From positions 1,920,001 to 1,952,000 of the forward strand of contig NZ_LN831024.1 of NCBI RefSeq assembly GCF_001457615.1: a stretch of DNA of 32,000 bases, in the 5' to 3' direction. Both the position numbers and the translations under genes were made by a program. The notes under the pieces were generated by a model. That model worked only from the letters and a program-made list of their open reading frames with translations, did not search any database and was not told the origin of the DNA. Of this stretch, positions 9,105-22,732 are shown piece after piece. The stretch comes from Pseudomonas aeruginosa. GTDB taxonomy: Bacteria > Pseudomonadota > Gammaproteobacteria > Pseudomonadales > Pseudomonadaceae. Every line of letters begins with the position of its first letter. Positions within the stretch are counted from its first letter, which is position 1.

Positions 9105-9157
9105 AATATGCAAAAAGAATGGGAAGTTCCGGACGGGAAGAGGGAAGGGAAGGACAG

Positions 9158-9185
9158 GGCAGCCTCGCCGGGCGGCGAGGCTGCC
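9158..9185 (-). terminator. hairpin terminator candidate downstream of the SDR gene
   Basis: 12-bp GC-rich stem GGCAGCCTCGCC-gggc-GGCGAGGCTGCC, 6 nt after the SDR stop. It is followed on the minus strand by a pyrimidine-rich (CTTCC)n tract rather than a clean U-run. Confidence 0.5.
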
Positions 9186-9191
9186 GGGGAA

Positions 9192-9932
9192 TCACTGGGC
9201 GTCGAAGGCCTGGCCGTTGACGCCGGCGCTGTCCGGCCCCATGAGGTACAGGTAGACCGGCATGATCTCCTCGCCGGTGGGGTTGTTCAGCGGGTTTTCC
9301 CCAGGGTAGGCGAGGGCGCGCATACTGGTGCGGGTGGCGCCGGGGTTGACGCTGTTGGCGCGGATCGCGCTGGTACCGTCGAGTTCGTCGGCAAGGGTCT
9401 GCATCATGCCCTCGGTGGCGAACTTCGATACCGAATAGGCGCCCCAGTAGGCGCGGCCCTTCCGGCCCACGCTGCTCGAGGTAAAGATGATCGAGGCGTC
9501 GCTGGAGAGCTTCATCAGCGGCAGCATGGCGGTGGTCAGCATGAACATGGCATTGACGTTCACCTGCATCACGCGCATGAAGTTCTCCCCGGAAATCTGC
9601 TGCATCGGCGAGCGCGGACCGAGGATCGAAGCGTTGTGCAGCAGGCCGTCGATGCGGCCGAACTCGTTCTCCAGGGTTGCCGCCAGTTCCTCGAACTGGT
9701 GCGGCTGGGCGGTCTCCAGGTTGAACGGGATCACGGCGGCCTGCGGATGGCCGGCGGCCTCGATGGCGTCGTAGACCTCGTTCAGGTACTCCTCGGTCTT
9801 GCCCAGCAGCAGCACGGTGGCGCCGTGGGCGGCGAAGGTCTTGGCGGCGGCGGCGCCGATGCCGCGGCCGGCGCCGGTGACCAGGATCACGCGGTCTTTC
9901 AGCAGGTCGGGGCGGGCGGAGTACTGGAACAT
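9192..9932 (-). CDS. short-chain dehydrogenase/reductase, YciK-like (246 aa)
   Basis: Rossmann motif VTGAGRGIG and catalytic YSVSK (YxxxK). The ORF has a unique ATG. Confidence 0.88.
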   Translation of the reverse strand: MFQYSARPDLLKDRVILVTGAGRGIGAAAAKTFAAHGATVLLLGKTEEYLNEVYDAIEAAGHPQAAVIPFNLETAQPHQFEELAATLENEFGRIDGLLHNASILGPRSPMQQISGENFMRVMQVNVNAMFMLTTAMLPLMKLSSDASIIFTSSSVGRKGRAYWGAYSVSKFATEGMMQTLADELDGTSAIRANSVNPGATRTSMRALAYPGENPLNNPTGEEIMPVYLYLMGPDSAGVNGQAFDAQ

Positions 9933-9952
9933 GTCGAATCCTTTGAATGCAT

Positions 9953-9972
9953 GACCCGCCTGGCGGCGGGTC
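9953..9972 (-). other. intercistronic stem-loop between mupP and the SDR gene
   Basis: GACCCGCC-tggc-GGCGGGTC, an 8-bp perfect stem with no U-tract. It sits in the 64-nt spacer of a co-directional gene pair. Confidence 0.35.
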
Positions 9973-9996
9973 GTTGTCTGTCGGCGGCGCTGCGGA

Positions 9997-10668
9997 TCAG
10001 CAGTCGCAGAGCGCGCGGTCGAGAACGTCGATGAGTTCGCGCGGGTGGTCGACGATCACGTCGGCGCCCCAGTGCGCGGGGTTGTCTTCAGGGTGGATGT
10101 AGCCGTAGCGCACCGCCGCGGTCTTGGTCCCGGCGTCGCGGCCGGATTCGATGTCGCGCAGGTCGTCGCCGATGAACAGCACCCTCGACGGATCGATGCC
10201 GAGCTGGCTACAGGCCAGTAGCAGCGGCTCGGGATCGGGCTTGCTGCGGGTCACGTGGTCCGGACAGACCAGCACCCTGGAACGCTCGGCGTAGCCCAGG
10301 CGCTGCATGATCGGTTCGGCGAAGCGCACCGGCTTGTTGGTCACCACGCCCCAGATCAACCCGGCTTTCTCGATCGCCGCGAGCAGTTCGGGGATGCCGT
10401 CGTAGGGCCGGCTGAGAACCGCGCAATGCTCCTGGTAGCGGTCGAGGAACTCCTGGCGCAGGGGTTCCAGTTCCGGGCTGTCCAGCGACAGGCCGAAGGC
10501 CGCGGCAACCATCGCGCGCGCGCCGCCGGAGACCACGTCGCGCACCCGTTGCTCGTCCACCGGCGGCAGGCCGTGGGCGGCACGCATGGCCTGGGTGATG
10601 GCGATGAAGTCTGGCGCCGTGTCGAGCAGGGTGCCATCCATGTCGAACAGTACCGCTTTGAGCCGCAT
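9997..10668 (-). CDS. mupP: HAD-family phosphatase, phosphoglycolate phosphatase-like / MurNAc-6-P phosphatase MupP (223 aa)
   Basis: It forms the C-terminal part of run-on ORF 9997..11430. HAD motifs are [14 protein letters not shown] and GDDLRD. ATG 10668 lies 5 nt after the ubiG stop. The position between ubiG and the SDR matches what I recall for PA3172. Confidence 0.85.
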   Translation of the reverse strand: MRLKAVLFDMDGTLLDTAPDFIAITQAMRAAHGLPPVDEQRVRDVVSGGARAMVAAAFGLSLDSPELEPLRQEFLDRYQEHCAVLSRPYDGIPELLAAIEKAGLIWGVVTNKPVRFAEPIMQRLGYAERSRVLVCPDHVTRSKPDPEPLLLACSQLGIDPSRVLFIGDDLRDIESGRDAGTKTAAVRYGYIHPEDNPAHWGADVIVDHPRELIDVLDRALCDC

Positions 10669-10673
10669 GCGCT

Positions 10674-11372
10674 TCACGCCTCCCGCTGGGTCTGGACCAT
10701 GTAGTTGACGTCGACGTCGTTGGCCAGCTTGTAGTGCTTGGTCAGCGGGTTGTAGGTCAGGCCGATGATGTCCTTGACCTCGAGACCGGCCTCGCGCGAC
10801 CAGGCGCCGAGTTCCGACGGACGGATGAACTTGCGGAAATCGTGGGTCCCGCGCGGCAGCAACTGGAGGATGTATTCCGCGCCGATCACCGCGAACAGGT
10901 AGGCCTTGGGATTGCGGTTGATGGTCGAGAGGAATACCTGTCCGCCCGGCTTGACCAGGCGGTGGCAGGCGCGGATCACCGAGGCCGGGTCCGGCACGTG
11001 TTCGAGCATCTCCAGGCAGGTGACCACGTCGAATTGCCCGGGCATTTCCTCGGCCATCTGCTCGGCGGTGATCTGCCGGTAGTCGACGGCGACGCCGGAT
11101 TCCAGCTGGTGCAGGCGCGCCACCGCGAGCGGCGCTTCGCCCATGTCGATGCCGGTGACGCTGGCGCCGCGCTGGGCCATGGCTTCGCTGAGGATGCCGC
11201 CGCCGCAACCGATGTCGAGCACCTTCTTGCCGGCCAGGCCGGCGCGCTCGTCGATCCAGTTGACGCGCAGCGGGTTGATGTCGTGGAGCGGCTTGAACTC
11301 GCTCTCGCGGTCCCACCAGCGATGGGCCAGTGCCTCGAATTTGGCGATCTCGGCGTGGTCGACGTTGCTCAT
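10674..11372 (-). CDS. ubiG: ubiquinone biosynthesis O-methyltransferase (232 aa)
   Basis: [21 protein letters not shown]... N-terminus and SAM motif [13 protein letters not shown]. The start at 11372 is chosen over the track start 11438 because of the conserved UbiG N-terminus. Confidence 0.9.
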   Translation of the reverse strand: MSNVDHAEIAKFEALAHRWWDRESEFKPLHDINPLRVNWIDERAGLAGKKVLDIGCGGGILSEAMAQRGASVTGIDMGEAPLAVARLHQLESGVAVDYRQITAEQMAEEMPGQFDVVTCLEMLEHVPDPASVIRACHRLVKPGGQVFLSTINRNPKAYLFAVIGAEYILQLLPRGTHDFRKFIRPSELGAWSREAGLEVKDIIGLTYNPLTKHYKLANDVDVNYMVQTQREA

Positions 11373-11522
11373 AATCGTTCCCGTTGAAGAGTGAAGCCTT
11401 TGGGGGAAGGGCCGCGGCGGCGGAATCCAATCCTTCATGTTGCCAGCTTTGGCGGAGGGATGGGGCCGGCGGCGGTTCGCCTTCCTATGTCAGTTTGTCG
11501 CAGCGGGGCGGCCCGCCGCGGT

Positions 11523-12923
<1,401 letters not shown>

Positions 12924-12924
12924 T

Positions 12925-12930
12925 TATAAT
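12925..12930 (+). promoter_or_regulatory. perfect TATAAT -10 hexamer in the mtaD/mtnA divergent spacer
   Basis: TATAAT at 12925-12930 lies 37 nt upstream of the mtnA ATG in an otherwise GC-rich 109-bp spacer. No good -35 hexamer lies at 16-18 bp. Confidence 0.4.
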
Positions 12931-12966
12931 CCGCAGCTTTTCCGTGATTCAGCGAGAGGTGTGTGC

Positions 12967-14043
12967 ATGCGAGAGCGACTGCTGGCGGCCGAGCGGGTCA
13001 AGGCGATCGAGTGGCGGGACGGTACGCTGCGGTTGCTGGATCAGCGCCTGCTGCCCCAGGAGGAGGTCTGGCTCGAACACGAGTCGGCGGCCGAGGTGGC
13101 CAAGGCCATTCGCGATATGGTCGTGCGCGGCGCGCCGGCCATCGGCATCAGCGCCGCCTACGGCATCGTCCTTGGCGCCCGCGCGCGCCTGGCGCAGGGC
13201 GGCGACTGGCGCGCCGCGCTGGAGGAGGACTTCCGCCTGCTGGCCGACTCGCGACCCACGGCGGTCAACCTGTTCTGGGCGCTGAACCGCATGCGCGACC
13301 GTCTGGAGCGAATGAAAGAGGGCGACCAGCCGCTGGCGGTGCTGGAAGCCGAGGCGATCTCCATCCATGAAAGCGACCGCGAGGCCAACCTGACCATGGC
13401 CCAGTTGGGCATGGAGCTGATCCGCAAGCAGCAGGGCAGCCCGCAGAACATCCTCACCCACTGCAATACCGGCGCCCTGGCGACCGGCGGGTTCGGCACC
13501 GCGCTGGGGGTGATCCGCGCCGCGCACCTGGAAGGCCTGGTCAATCGCATCTACGCCGACGAAACCCGGCCCTGGCTCCAGGGCTCGCGACTGACCGCCT
13601 GGGAGCTGGCCAACGAAGGCATCCCGGTCAGCCTGAACGTGGATTCGGCCGCCGCGCACCTGATGAAGACCGAAAACATCACCTGGGTCATCGTCGGCGC
13701 CGACCGCATCACCGCCAATGGCGATGTCGCCAACAAGATCGGCACCTACCAGCTGGCGGTCAACGCCATGCACCACGGCGTGCGCTTCATGGTGGTGGCG
13801 CCGAGTTCGACCATCGACATGAACCTGGAGAGCGGCGAGGACATCCCGATCGAAGAGCGCGACGGTCGCGAACTGCTGGAAATCGGCGGGCGACGGGTGG
13901 CGGCCGAGGTCGATGCCTACAATCCGGTATTCGACGTGACCCCGGCGGACCTTATCGATGCCATCGTGACCGAGCGTGGCGTCGTCGAGCGTCCCGACGC
14001 CGAGCGCATGGCCGCCCTGATGAGCCGCAAGCGCCTGCATTGA
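12967..14043 (+). CDS. mtnA: S-methyl-5-thioribose-1-phosphate isomerase (358 aa)
   Basis: It forms the C-terminal part of run-on ORF 12463..14043. The protein starts [30 protein letters not shown]. eIF-2B-like family motifs [17 protein letters not shown] and [19 protein letters not shown] are present. Confidence 0.9.
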
Positions 14044-14279
14044 ACGAGGCGACTGGAGGTCGTCCCCGCCAGGGCCTTTGCCTTGGGCTGGGGCGTGGGC
14101 TGTGGTAAGCTCCGACGGTTATTCGAGCGCCCCGCGGAGGGGCCTCGAGAGTGCGCGAATCCTTGACTCAAGTCGTTGATTTGTAGTGAGTTGGCGCTGC
14201 TCGGGCATGCGCCGACCTACTTCGTTTGCCTCAGGATCGAGGCGGCGAAGTTCCACCAGAAAAAGGAACCAGGCTTCTC

Positions 14280-17051
<2,772 letters not shown>

Positions 17052-17057
17052 GGCTCG

Positions 17058-17079
17058 GGGCGGGCGCCTGCGCCCGCCC
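17058..17079 (+). other. GC-rich hairpin after gyrA (no U-tract)
   Basis: GGGCGGGCGC-ct-GCGCCCGCCC, a 10-bp perfect inverted repeat 7 nt after the gyrA stop. It is followed by ggccgatgacc, so it is not a canonical intrinsic terminator. Confidence 0.4.
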
Positions 17080-17092
17080 GGCCGATGACCTC

Positions 17093-17117
17093 GGCGGATA
17101 ACTCACGGCTATCCGCC
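17093..17117 (+). other. second hairpin in the gyrA-serC spacer
   Basis: GGCGGATA-actcacggc-TATCCGCC, an 8-bp stem with a 9-nt loop, ending 21 nt before the serC GTG. Confidence 0.35.
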
Positions 17118-17138
17118 CTACCTATAGCGAGAGTGGAT

Positions 17139-18224
17139 GTGAGCAAGCGAGCCTTCAATTTCTGCGCCGGTCCCGCGGCGCTTCCCGACGCAGTTCTGCA
17201 ACGTGCCCAGGCCGAGCTTCTCGACTGGCGGGGCAAGGGCCTTTCGGTCATGGAAATGAGCCACCGTAGTGATGACTACGTGGCCATCGCCAGCAAGGCC
17301 GAGCAGGACCTGCGCGACCTGCTCGACATTCCCTCGGACTACAAGGTGCTGTTCCTGCAGGGCGGCGCCAGCCAGCAGTTCGCCGAGATTCCGCTGAACC
17401 TGCTGCCCGAAGATGGCGTCGCCGACTATATCGATACCGGTATCTGGTCGAAGAAGGCCATCGAGGAGGCTCGTCGCTATGGCACCGTGAATGTCGCGGC
17501 CAGCGCCAAGGAGTACGACTACTTCGCCATTCCGGGTCAGAACGAGTGGACGCTGACCAAGGACGCGGCCTATGTGCACTACGCCTCCAACGAGACCATC
17601 GGCGGCCTCGAGTTCGACTGGATTCCCGAGACCGGCGACGTGCCGCTGGTCACCGACATGTCCTCCGACATCCTCTCGCGCCCGCTCGACGTGTCCCGCT
17701 TCGGCCTGATCTATGCCGGGGCGCAGAAGAACATCGGCCCGTCCGGCCTGGTGGTGGTGATCGTTCGCGAAGACCTGCTCGGCCGCGCCCGCAGCGTCTG
17801 CCCGACCATGCTCAACTACAAGATCGCTGCGGACAACGGTTCCATGTACAACACCCCGGCGACCTACTCCTGGTACCTGTCCGGCCTGGTCTTCGAATGG
17901 CTGAAGGAGCAGGGCGGGGTGACCGCGATGGAGCAGCGCAACCGCGCCAAGAAGGACCTGCTGTACAAGACCATCGATGCCAGCGACTTCTACACCAACC
18001 CGATCCAGCCGAGCGCCCGCTCCTGGATGAACGTGCCGTTCCGCCTGGCCGACGAGCGTCTCGACAAGCCGTTCCTGGAAGGCGCCGAGGCGCGCGGGCT
18101 GCTCAACCTGAAAGGCCACCGCTCGGTCGGCGGCATGCGCGCTTCCATCTACAACGCCCTTGGCCTGGACGCGGTCGAGGCGCTGGTCGCATACATGGCG
18201 GAGTTCGAGAAGGAGCACGGCTGA
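17139..18224 (+). CDS. serC: phosphoserine aminotransferase (361 aa)
   Basis: GTG start at 17139 gives (M)SKRAFNFCAGPAALPDAVL, the conserved SerC N-terminus. The PLP-lysine region YAGAQKNIGPSGL is present. The track ATG at 17085 would add 18 non-conserved residues. Confidence 0.92.
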   Translation: MSKRAFNFCAGPAALPDAVLQRAQAELLDWRGKGLSVMEMSHRSDDYVAIASKAEQDLRDLLDIPSDYKVLFLQGGASQQFAEIPLNLLPEDGVADYIDTGIWSKKAIEEARRYGTVNVAASAKEYDYFAIPGQNEWTLTKDAAYVHYASNETIGGLEFDWIPETGDVPLVTDMSSDILSRPLDVSRFGLIYAGAQKNIGPSGLVVVIVREDLLGRARSVCPTMLNYKIAADNGSMYNTPATYSWYLSGLVFEWLKEQGGVTAMEQRNRAKKDLLYKTIDASDFYTNPIQPSARSWMNVPFRLADERLDKPFLEGAEARGLLNLKGHRSVGGMRASIYNALGLDAVEALVAYMAEFEKEHG

Positions 18225-19321
18225 TGGCGGACCAGGACCAGCTCAAGGCCTTGCGCCTGCGCATCGACAGCCTCGACGAGAAGTTGCTCGAGCTGATCAG
18301 CGAGCGTGCCCGTTGCGCCCAGGACGTGGCGCGAGTGAAGACCCAGACCCTGGGCGAGGGCGAGGCGCCGGTGTTCTACCGTCCCGAGCGCGAAGCCTGG
18401 GTGCTCAAGCACATCATGCAATTGAACAAGGGGCCGCTGGACAACGAAGAGGTCGCGCGGCTGTTCCGCGAGATCATGTCGTCCTGCCTGGCGCTCGAGC
18501 AGCCGCTGAAAGTGGCCTATCTCGGACCCGAGGGCACCTTTACCCAGGCCGCGGCACTCAAGCATTTCGGCAACGCGGTGATCAGTACGCCGATGGCGGC
18601 GATCGACGAGGTGTTCCGCGAGGTCGCCGCCGGCGCGGTGAACTTCGGCGTGGTGCCTGTGGAAAACTCCACCGAGGGGGCGGTCAACCATACCCTCGAC
18701 AGCTTCCTTGAGCACGACATGGTGATCTGCGGCGAAGTCGAGTTGCGTATCCACCATCACCTGCTGGTCGGCGAAACCACCAAGACCGACAACATCACCC
18801 GGATCTATTCCCATGCCCAATCCCTCGCGCAATGTCGCAAGTGGCTGGACTCGCACTACCCGAGCGTCGAGCGGGTGGCGGTGTCGAGCAACGCCGACGC
18901 GGCCAAGCGGGTGAAGAGCGAGTGGAATTCGGCAGCGATCGCCGGCGACATGGCGGCCAGCCTGTACGACCTGAGCAAGCTGCACGAGAAGATCGAGGAC
19001 CGCCCGGACAACTCCACGCGCTTCCTGATCATCGGCAACCAGGAGGTGCCGCCGACCGGCGACGACAAGACCTCGATCATCGTTTCCATGCGCAACAAGC
19101 CGGGGGCCCTGCACGAGCTGCTGGTACCGTTCCACAACAATGGTATCGACCTGACCCGCATCGAAACCCGCCCGTCGCGCAGCGGCAAATGGACCTACGT
19201 GTTCTTCATCGATTTCGTCGGCCACCATAAAGAACCGCTGATCAAGGACGTCCTGGAGAAGATCGGCCAGGAAGCCGTCGCCCTGAAGGTCCTGGGCTCC
19301 TATCCGAAAGCGGTGCTCTGA
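18224..19321 (+). CDS. pheA: bifunctional chorismate mutase / prephenate dehydratase P-protein (365 aa)
   Basis: ATG 18224 shares its A with the serC stop (cTGATGg), and AAGGAG lies at 18210-18215. It has a CM domain (LRLRIDSLDEKLLELISERARCA), a PDT domain (VAYLGPEGTFT) and an ACT domain (LTRIETRPSRSG). Confidence 0.95.
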   Translation: MADQDQLKALRLRIDSLDEKLLELISERARCAQDVARVKTQTLGEGEAPVFYRPEREAWVLKHIMQLNKGPLDNEEVARLFREIMSSCLALEQPLKVAYLGPEGTFTQAAALKHFGNAVISTPMAAIDEVFREVAAGAVNFGVVPVENSTEGAVNHTLDSFLEHDMVICGEVELRIHHHLLVGETTKTDNITRIYSHAQSLAQCRKWLDSHYPSVERVAVSSNADAAKRVKSEWNSAAIAGDMAASLYDLSKLHEKIEDRPDNSTRFLIIGNQEVPPTGDDKTSIIVSMRNKPGALHELLVPFHNNGIDLTRIETRPSRSGKWTYVFFIDFVGHHKEPLIKDVLEKIGQEAVALKVLGSYPKAVL

Positions 19322-19389
19322 GCGCGCTGTCATTCCGAAGAGACGGGTCATCGATGAATGCCCCGTCCCGCGTCGAGGCTGAACTATCC

Positions 19390-20499
19390 ATGTCCGATTT
19401 CCTTGCCCTGGCCCAGCCGGGGGTGCAAAAGCTGTCGCCCTACGTCCCTGGCAAGCCGGTGGACGAACTGGCCCGCGAGCTGGGCATCGACCCTGCGGCG
19501 ATCGTCAAGCTCGCCAGCAACGAGAACCCGCTGGGTGCGAGCCCAAAGGCGCTGGAGGCTATCCGCGCCGAACTGGCGGAACTGACCCGTTATCCTGACG
19601 GCAACGGTTTCGAACTCAAGCGCAAGCTGGCCGAGCGTTGCGCGGTGGATGCGGCGCAGGTGACCCTGGGCAACGGCTCCAACGACATTCTCGACCTGGT
19701 CGCCCGTGCCTACCTCGCGCCTGGTCTGAACGCCGTGTTCAGCGAACATGCCTTCGCCGTCTACCCGATCGCCACCCAGGCCGTGGGCGCCGAGGGGCGG
19801 GCGGTCAAGGCGCGCGCCTGGGGGCATGACCTGGAAGCGATGCTCGCCGCCATCGATGGGCAAACTCGCGTGGTGTTCGTCGCCAATCCGAACAACCCGA
19901 CCGGGACCTGGTTCGGTGCGGACGCCCTGGAGCGGTTCCTCGCCCAGGTGCCGGCGGAGGTGCTGGTGGTGCTGGACGAGGCCTATATCGAATACGCCGA
20001 GGGCGATGAGCTGCCCGATGGCCTGGACTACCTGGCGCGGCACCCCAACCTGCTGGTCTCGCGGACCTTCTCCAAGGCCTATGGCCTGGCTTCGCTGCGG
20101 GTCGGCTACGCGCTTTCGAGCAAGGCGGTGGCCGATGTGCTCAACCGCGTGCGCCAGCCGTTCAATGTCAATAGCCTGGCCCTGGCGGCTGCCTACGCGG
20201 CGCTGGACGACCATGACTACCTGGCGCAGAGTCGCCGCCTAAACGATTCCGGCATGGCGCAGCTGGAGGATGGCTTCCACGCGTTGGGCCTGTCCTGGAT
20301 TCCCTCGAAGGGCAACTTCATCGCCGTGGATCTGGCTCGCGATGCCGGTCCGGTCTACCAGGCGCTGCTGCGCGAAGGTGTGATCGTGCGTCCGGTGGCT
20401 GGCTACGGGATGCCGACCTTCCTGCGCGTCTCCATCGGGCTGCCGGAAGAGAACGATCGTTTCCTCCAGGCGCTGGGCAAGGTGCTGGCGCATGACTGA
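19390..20499 (+). CDS. hisC2: histidinol-phosphate / aromatic aminotransferase (369 aa)
   Basis: Class II aminotransferase with PLP-lysine region SRTFSKAYGLASLRVGY. The start at 19390 (MSDFLALAQPGV) is preferred, and the in-frame ATG at 19354 is possible. Neither has a strong SD. Confidence 0.88.
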   Translation: MSDFLALAQPGVQKLSPYVPGKPVDELARELGIDPAAIVKLASNENPLGASPKALEAIRAELAELTRYPDGNGFELKRKLAERCAVDAAQVTLGNGSNDILDLVARAYLAPGLNAVFSEHAFAVYPIATQAVGAEGRAVKARAWGHDLEAMLAAIDGQTRVVFVANPNNPTGTWFGADALERFLAQVPAEVLVVLDEAYIEYAEGDELPDGLDYLARHPNLLVSRTFSKAYGLASLRVGYALSSKAVADVLNRVRQPFNVNSLALAAAYAALDDHDYLAQSRRLNDSGMAQLEDGFHALGLSWIPSKGNFIAVDLARDAGPVYQALLREGVIVRPVAGYGMPTFLRVSIGLPEENDRFLQALGKVLAHD

Positions 20500-22732
20500 G
20501 GTCACGCCGCTGCAACAGTCGACCCCTAAGCTGGGCCGCCTGGTGGTGGTGGGGCTGGGCCTGATTGGCGGCTCCTTCGCCAAGGGGTTGCGGAGCAAAG
20601 GGTTGTTCCGGGAAGTGGTCGGCGTGGATCGGGATGCCGAGTCTTGCCGCCTGGCGGTGGAGCTCGGCGTGGTCGACCGTTGCGAGGAGGATCTTGGCCG
20701 CGCCTGCGTCGGCGCCGACGTGATCCAGTTGGCGGTGCCGATCCTGGCGATGGAGCGGGTGCTGGCCGACCTGGCGAAGCTCGACCTGGGCAAGGCTGTA
20801 TTGACCGACGTTGGCAGCGCCAAGGGCAATATCGTGCGTGCCGCGCGTGTCGCGTTCGGCGGGATGCCGCGGTACCTGGTACCGGGGCATCCGATCGCGG
20901 GTTCCGAGCAGAGCGGAGTGACCGCGGCGAAGGCGACCCTGTTCCGCCGGCACAAGGTGATTCTCACGCCCTCCGCGGAGACCGATGCCGACGCGCTGGC
21001 GCTGGTCGACAGCCTGTGGCGCGCGCTGGGCGCGGACGTCGAGCACATGGAGGTCGAGCATCACGACGAGGTTCTGGCGGCCACCAGCCACCTGCCTCAC
21101 CTGCTGGCCTTCACCCTGGTCGACTCCCTGGCCAAGCGCAGCGAGAACCTGGAGATCTTCCGCTATGCCGCCGGCGGTTTCCGTGATTTCACGCGGATCG
21201 CCGGCAGCGACCCGGTGATGTGGCACGACATCTTTCTCGCCAATCGCGAGGCGGTGCTGCGTACACTGGATGTTTTTCGTGACGACCTCGACGCGCTGCG
21301 CGAGGCCGTCGACACTGGGGACGGGCACCAGTTGTTGGGCGTTTTCACGCGCGCCCGGGTAGCCCGTGAGCATTTCAGCAAAATCCTGGCCCGTCGGGCC
21401 TATGTGGACGCCATGCACAACAACGACCTGATTTATCTGGCCCAGCCGGGCGGCAGCCTGTCCGGAACCATCCGGGTACCGGGCGACAAGTCGATTTCCC
21501 ATCGCTCGATCATGCTCGGCTCCCTGGCCGAAGGCACCACCGAAGTGGAGGGCTTCCTCGAGGGCGAGGACGCACTGGCAACCATCCAGGCGTTCCGCGA
21601 CATGGGAGTGGTGATCGAGGGGCCGCAGAACGGCCGCGTCACCGTCCATGGCGTTGGCCTGCACGGCCTCAAGGCGCCGCCTGGGCCGATCTACCTGGGT
21701 AACTCCGGTACTTCCATGCGTCTGCTCAGCGGTCTGCTGGCGGCCCAGCCGTTCGACAGCACCCTGACCGGCGACGCTTCCCTTTCCAAGCGGCCGATGA
21801 ATCGCGTAGCCAAGCCGCTGCGCGAGATGGGCGCGGTAATCGAGACGGGGCCGGAAGGCCGTCCGCCGATGACCATTCGCGGCGGCCAGCGCCTCACCGG
21901 TATGCATTACGACATGCCGATGGCCAGCGCCCAGGTGAAGTCCTGCCTGTTGCTCGCCGGGCTCTACGCCGCGGGTGAGACCTCGGTCACCGAGCCGGCG
22001 CCGACCCGCGACCACACCGAGCGCATGCTGCGCGGCTTCGGCTATCCGGTGGAGGTCGAGGGCAGCACCGCCAAGGTCGAATCCGGGCACAAGTTGAGCG
22101 CCACCCATATCGAGGTCCCGGCCGATATTTCCTCGGCAGCCTTCTTCCTGGTTGCCGCCAGTATCGCCGAGGGTTCGGAACTGGTCCTGCAGCACGTCGG
22201 CATCAACCCGACGCGCGTCGGCGTCATCGAGATCCTGCGCCTGATGGGTGGTGACCTGAGCCTGGAAAACCAGCGCGAGGTCGGCGGCGAGCCGGTCGCC
22301 GACATCCGCGTGCGCTCCGCGCGGCTCAAGGGCATCGACATTCCCGAGGACCTGGTGCCACTGGCCATCGACGAGTTCCCGGTACTCTTCGTGGCTGCCG
22401 CCTGCGCCGAGGGGCGCACCGTCCTGCGTGGCGCCGAAGAGCTGCGGGTCAAGGAGTCGGACCGTATCCAGGTCATGGCTGACGGCTTGAAGGCCCTGGG
22501 CGTGAAGGCCGAGCCGACCCCGGATGGCATCGTCATCGAGGGTGGTGCGTTCGGTGGCGGCGAAGTCTGGGCGCACGGCGACCACCGTATCGCCATGTCC
22601 TTCAGCGTCGCTTCGCTGCGCGCCAGCGGGCCGATCCGCATCCACGACTGCGCCAACGTCGCCACCTCCTTCCCCAACTTCCTCGCCCTGTGTGCCCAGA
22701 CCGGTATCCGGGTCGCCGTGGAGAACAATTGA
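20492..22732 (+). CDS. tyrA-aroA: fused prephenate/arogenate dehydrogenase (N-terminal ~300 aa) and 3-phosphoshikimate 1-carboxyvinyltransferase (EPSP synthase, C-terminal ~435 aa); 746 aa
   Basis: A single uninterrupted ORF. The N-terminal part has the Rossmann motif [12 protein letters not shown] and HPIAGSE. The C-terminal part has [31 protein letters not shown] and NPTR. The ATG overlaps the hisC2 stop (ATGACTGA). Confidence 0.93.
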   Translation: MTEVTPLQQSTPKLGRLVVVGLGLIGGSFAKGLRSKGLFREVVGVDRDAESCRLAVELGVVDRCEEDLGRACVGADVIQLAVPILAMERVLADLAKLDLGKAVLTDVGSAKGNIVRAARVAFGGMPRYLVPGHPIAGSEQSGVTAAKATLFRRHKVILTPSAETDADALALVDSLWRALGADVEHMEVEHHDEVLAATSHLPHLLAFTLVDSLAKRSENLEIFRYAAGGFRDFTRIAGSDPVMWHDIFLANREAVLRTLDVFRDDLDALREAVDTGDGHQLLGVFTRARVAREHFSKILARRAYVDAMHNNDLIYLAQPGGSLSGTIRVPGDKSISHRSIMLGSLAEGTTEVEGFLEGEDALATIQAFRDMGVVIEGPQNGRVTVHGVGLHGLKAPPGPIYLGNSGTSMRLLSGLLAAQPFDSTLTGDASLSKRPMNRVAKPLREMGAVIETGPEGRPPMTIRGGQRLTGMHYDMPMASAQVKSCLLLAGLYAAGETSVTEPAPTRDHTERMLRGFGYPVEVEGSTAKVESGHKLSATHIEVPADISSAAFFLVAASIAEGSELVLQHVGINPTRVGVIEILRLMGGDLSLENQREVGGEPVADIRVRSARLKGIDIPEDLVPLAIDEFPVLFVAAACAEGRTVLRGAEELRVKESDRIQVMADGLKALGVKAEPTPDGIVIEGGAFGGGEVWAHGDHRIAMSFSVASLRASGPIRIHDCANVATSFPNFLALCAQTGIRVAVENN

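Noticed and set aside
7216-9255. 679-aa plus-strand ORF spanning the hutG-like and IclR genes. Similar long shadow ORFs occur at 6482..7579, 5952..7211, 11391..12929, 12949..14040, 17118..18218, 18149..19351 and 23614..25032.
   Set aside because: All are antisense to, or out of frame with, genes that have clear family motifs. Their compositions are repetitive (R/A/G/P/Q-rich). They were treated as GC-driven artefacts.
14083-14111. Possible gyrA promoter TTGGGC-17-TAAGCT with an extended TG. There is also a TTGACT at 14163-14168 with no usable -10.
   Set aside because: The hexamer matches are poor (about 3/6 and 4/6), and several equally weak alternatives exist in the 236-bp spacer. I cannot choose between them without TSS data.
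20318-22645. 775-aa ORF on the minus strand, antisense to tyrA-aroA. It is the longest ORF in the track.
   Set aside because: Same reasoning as for the gyrA antisense ORF. It mirrors the codon-position GC bias of the real plus-strand gene and has no domain-like sequence or RBS.
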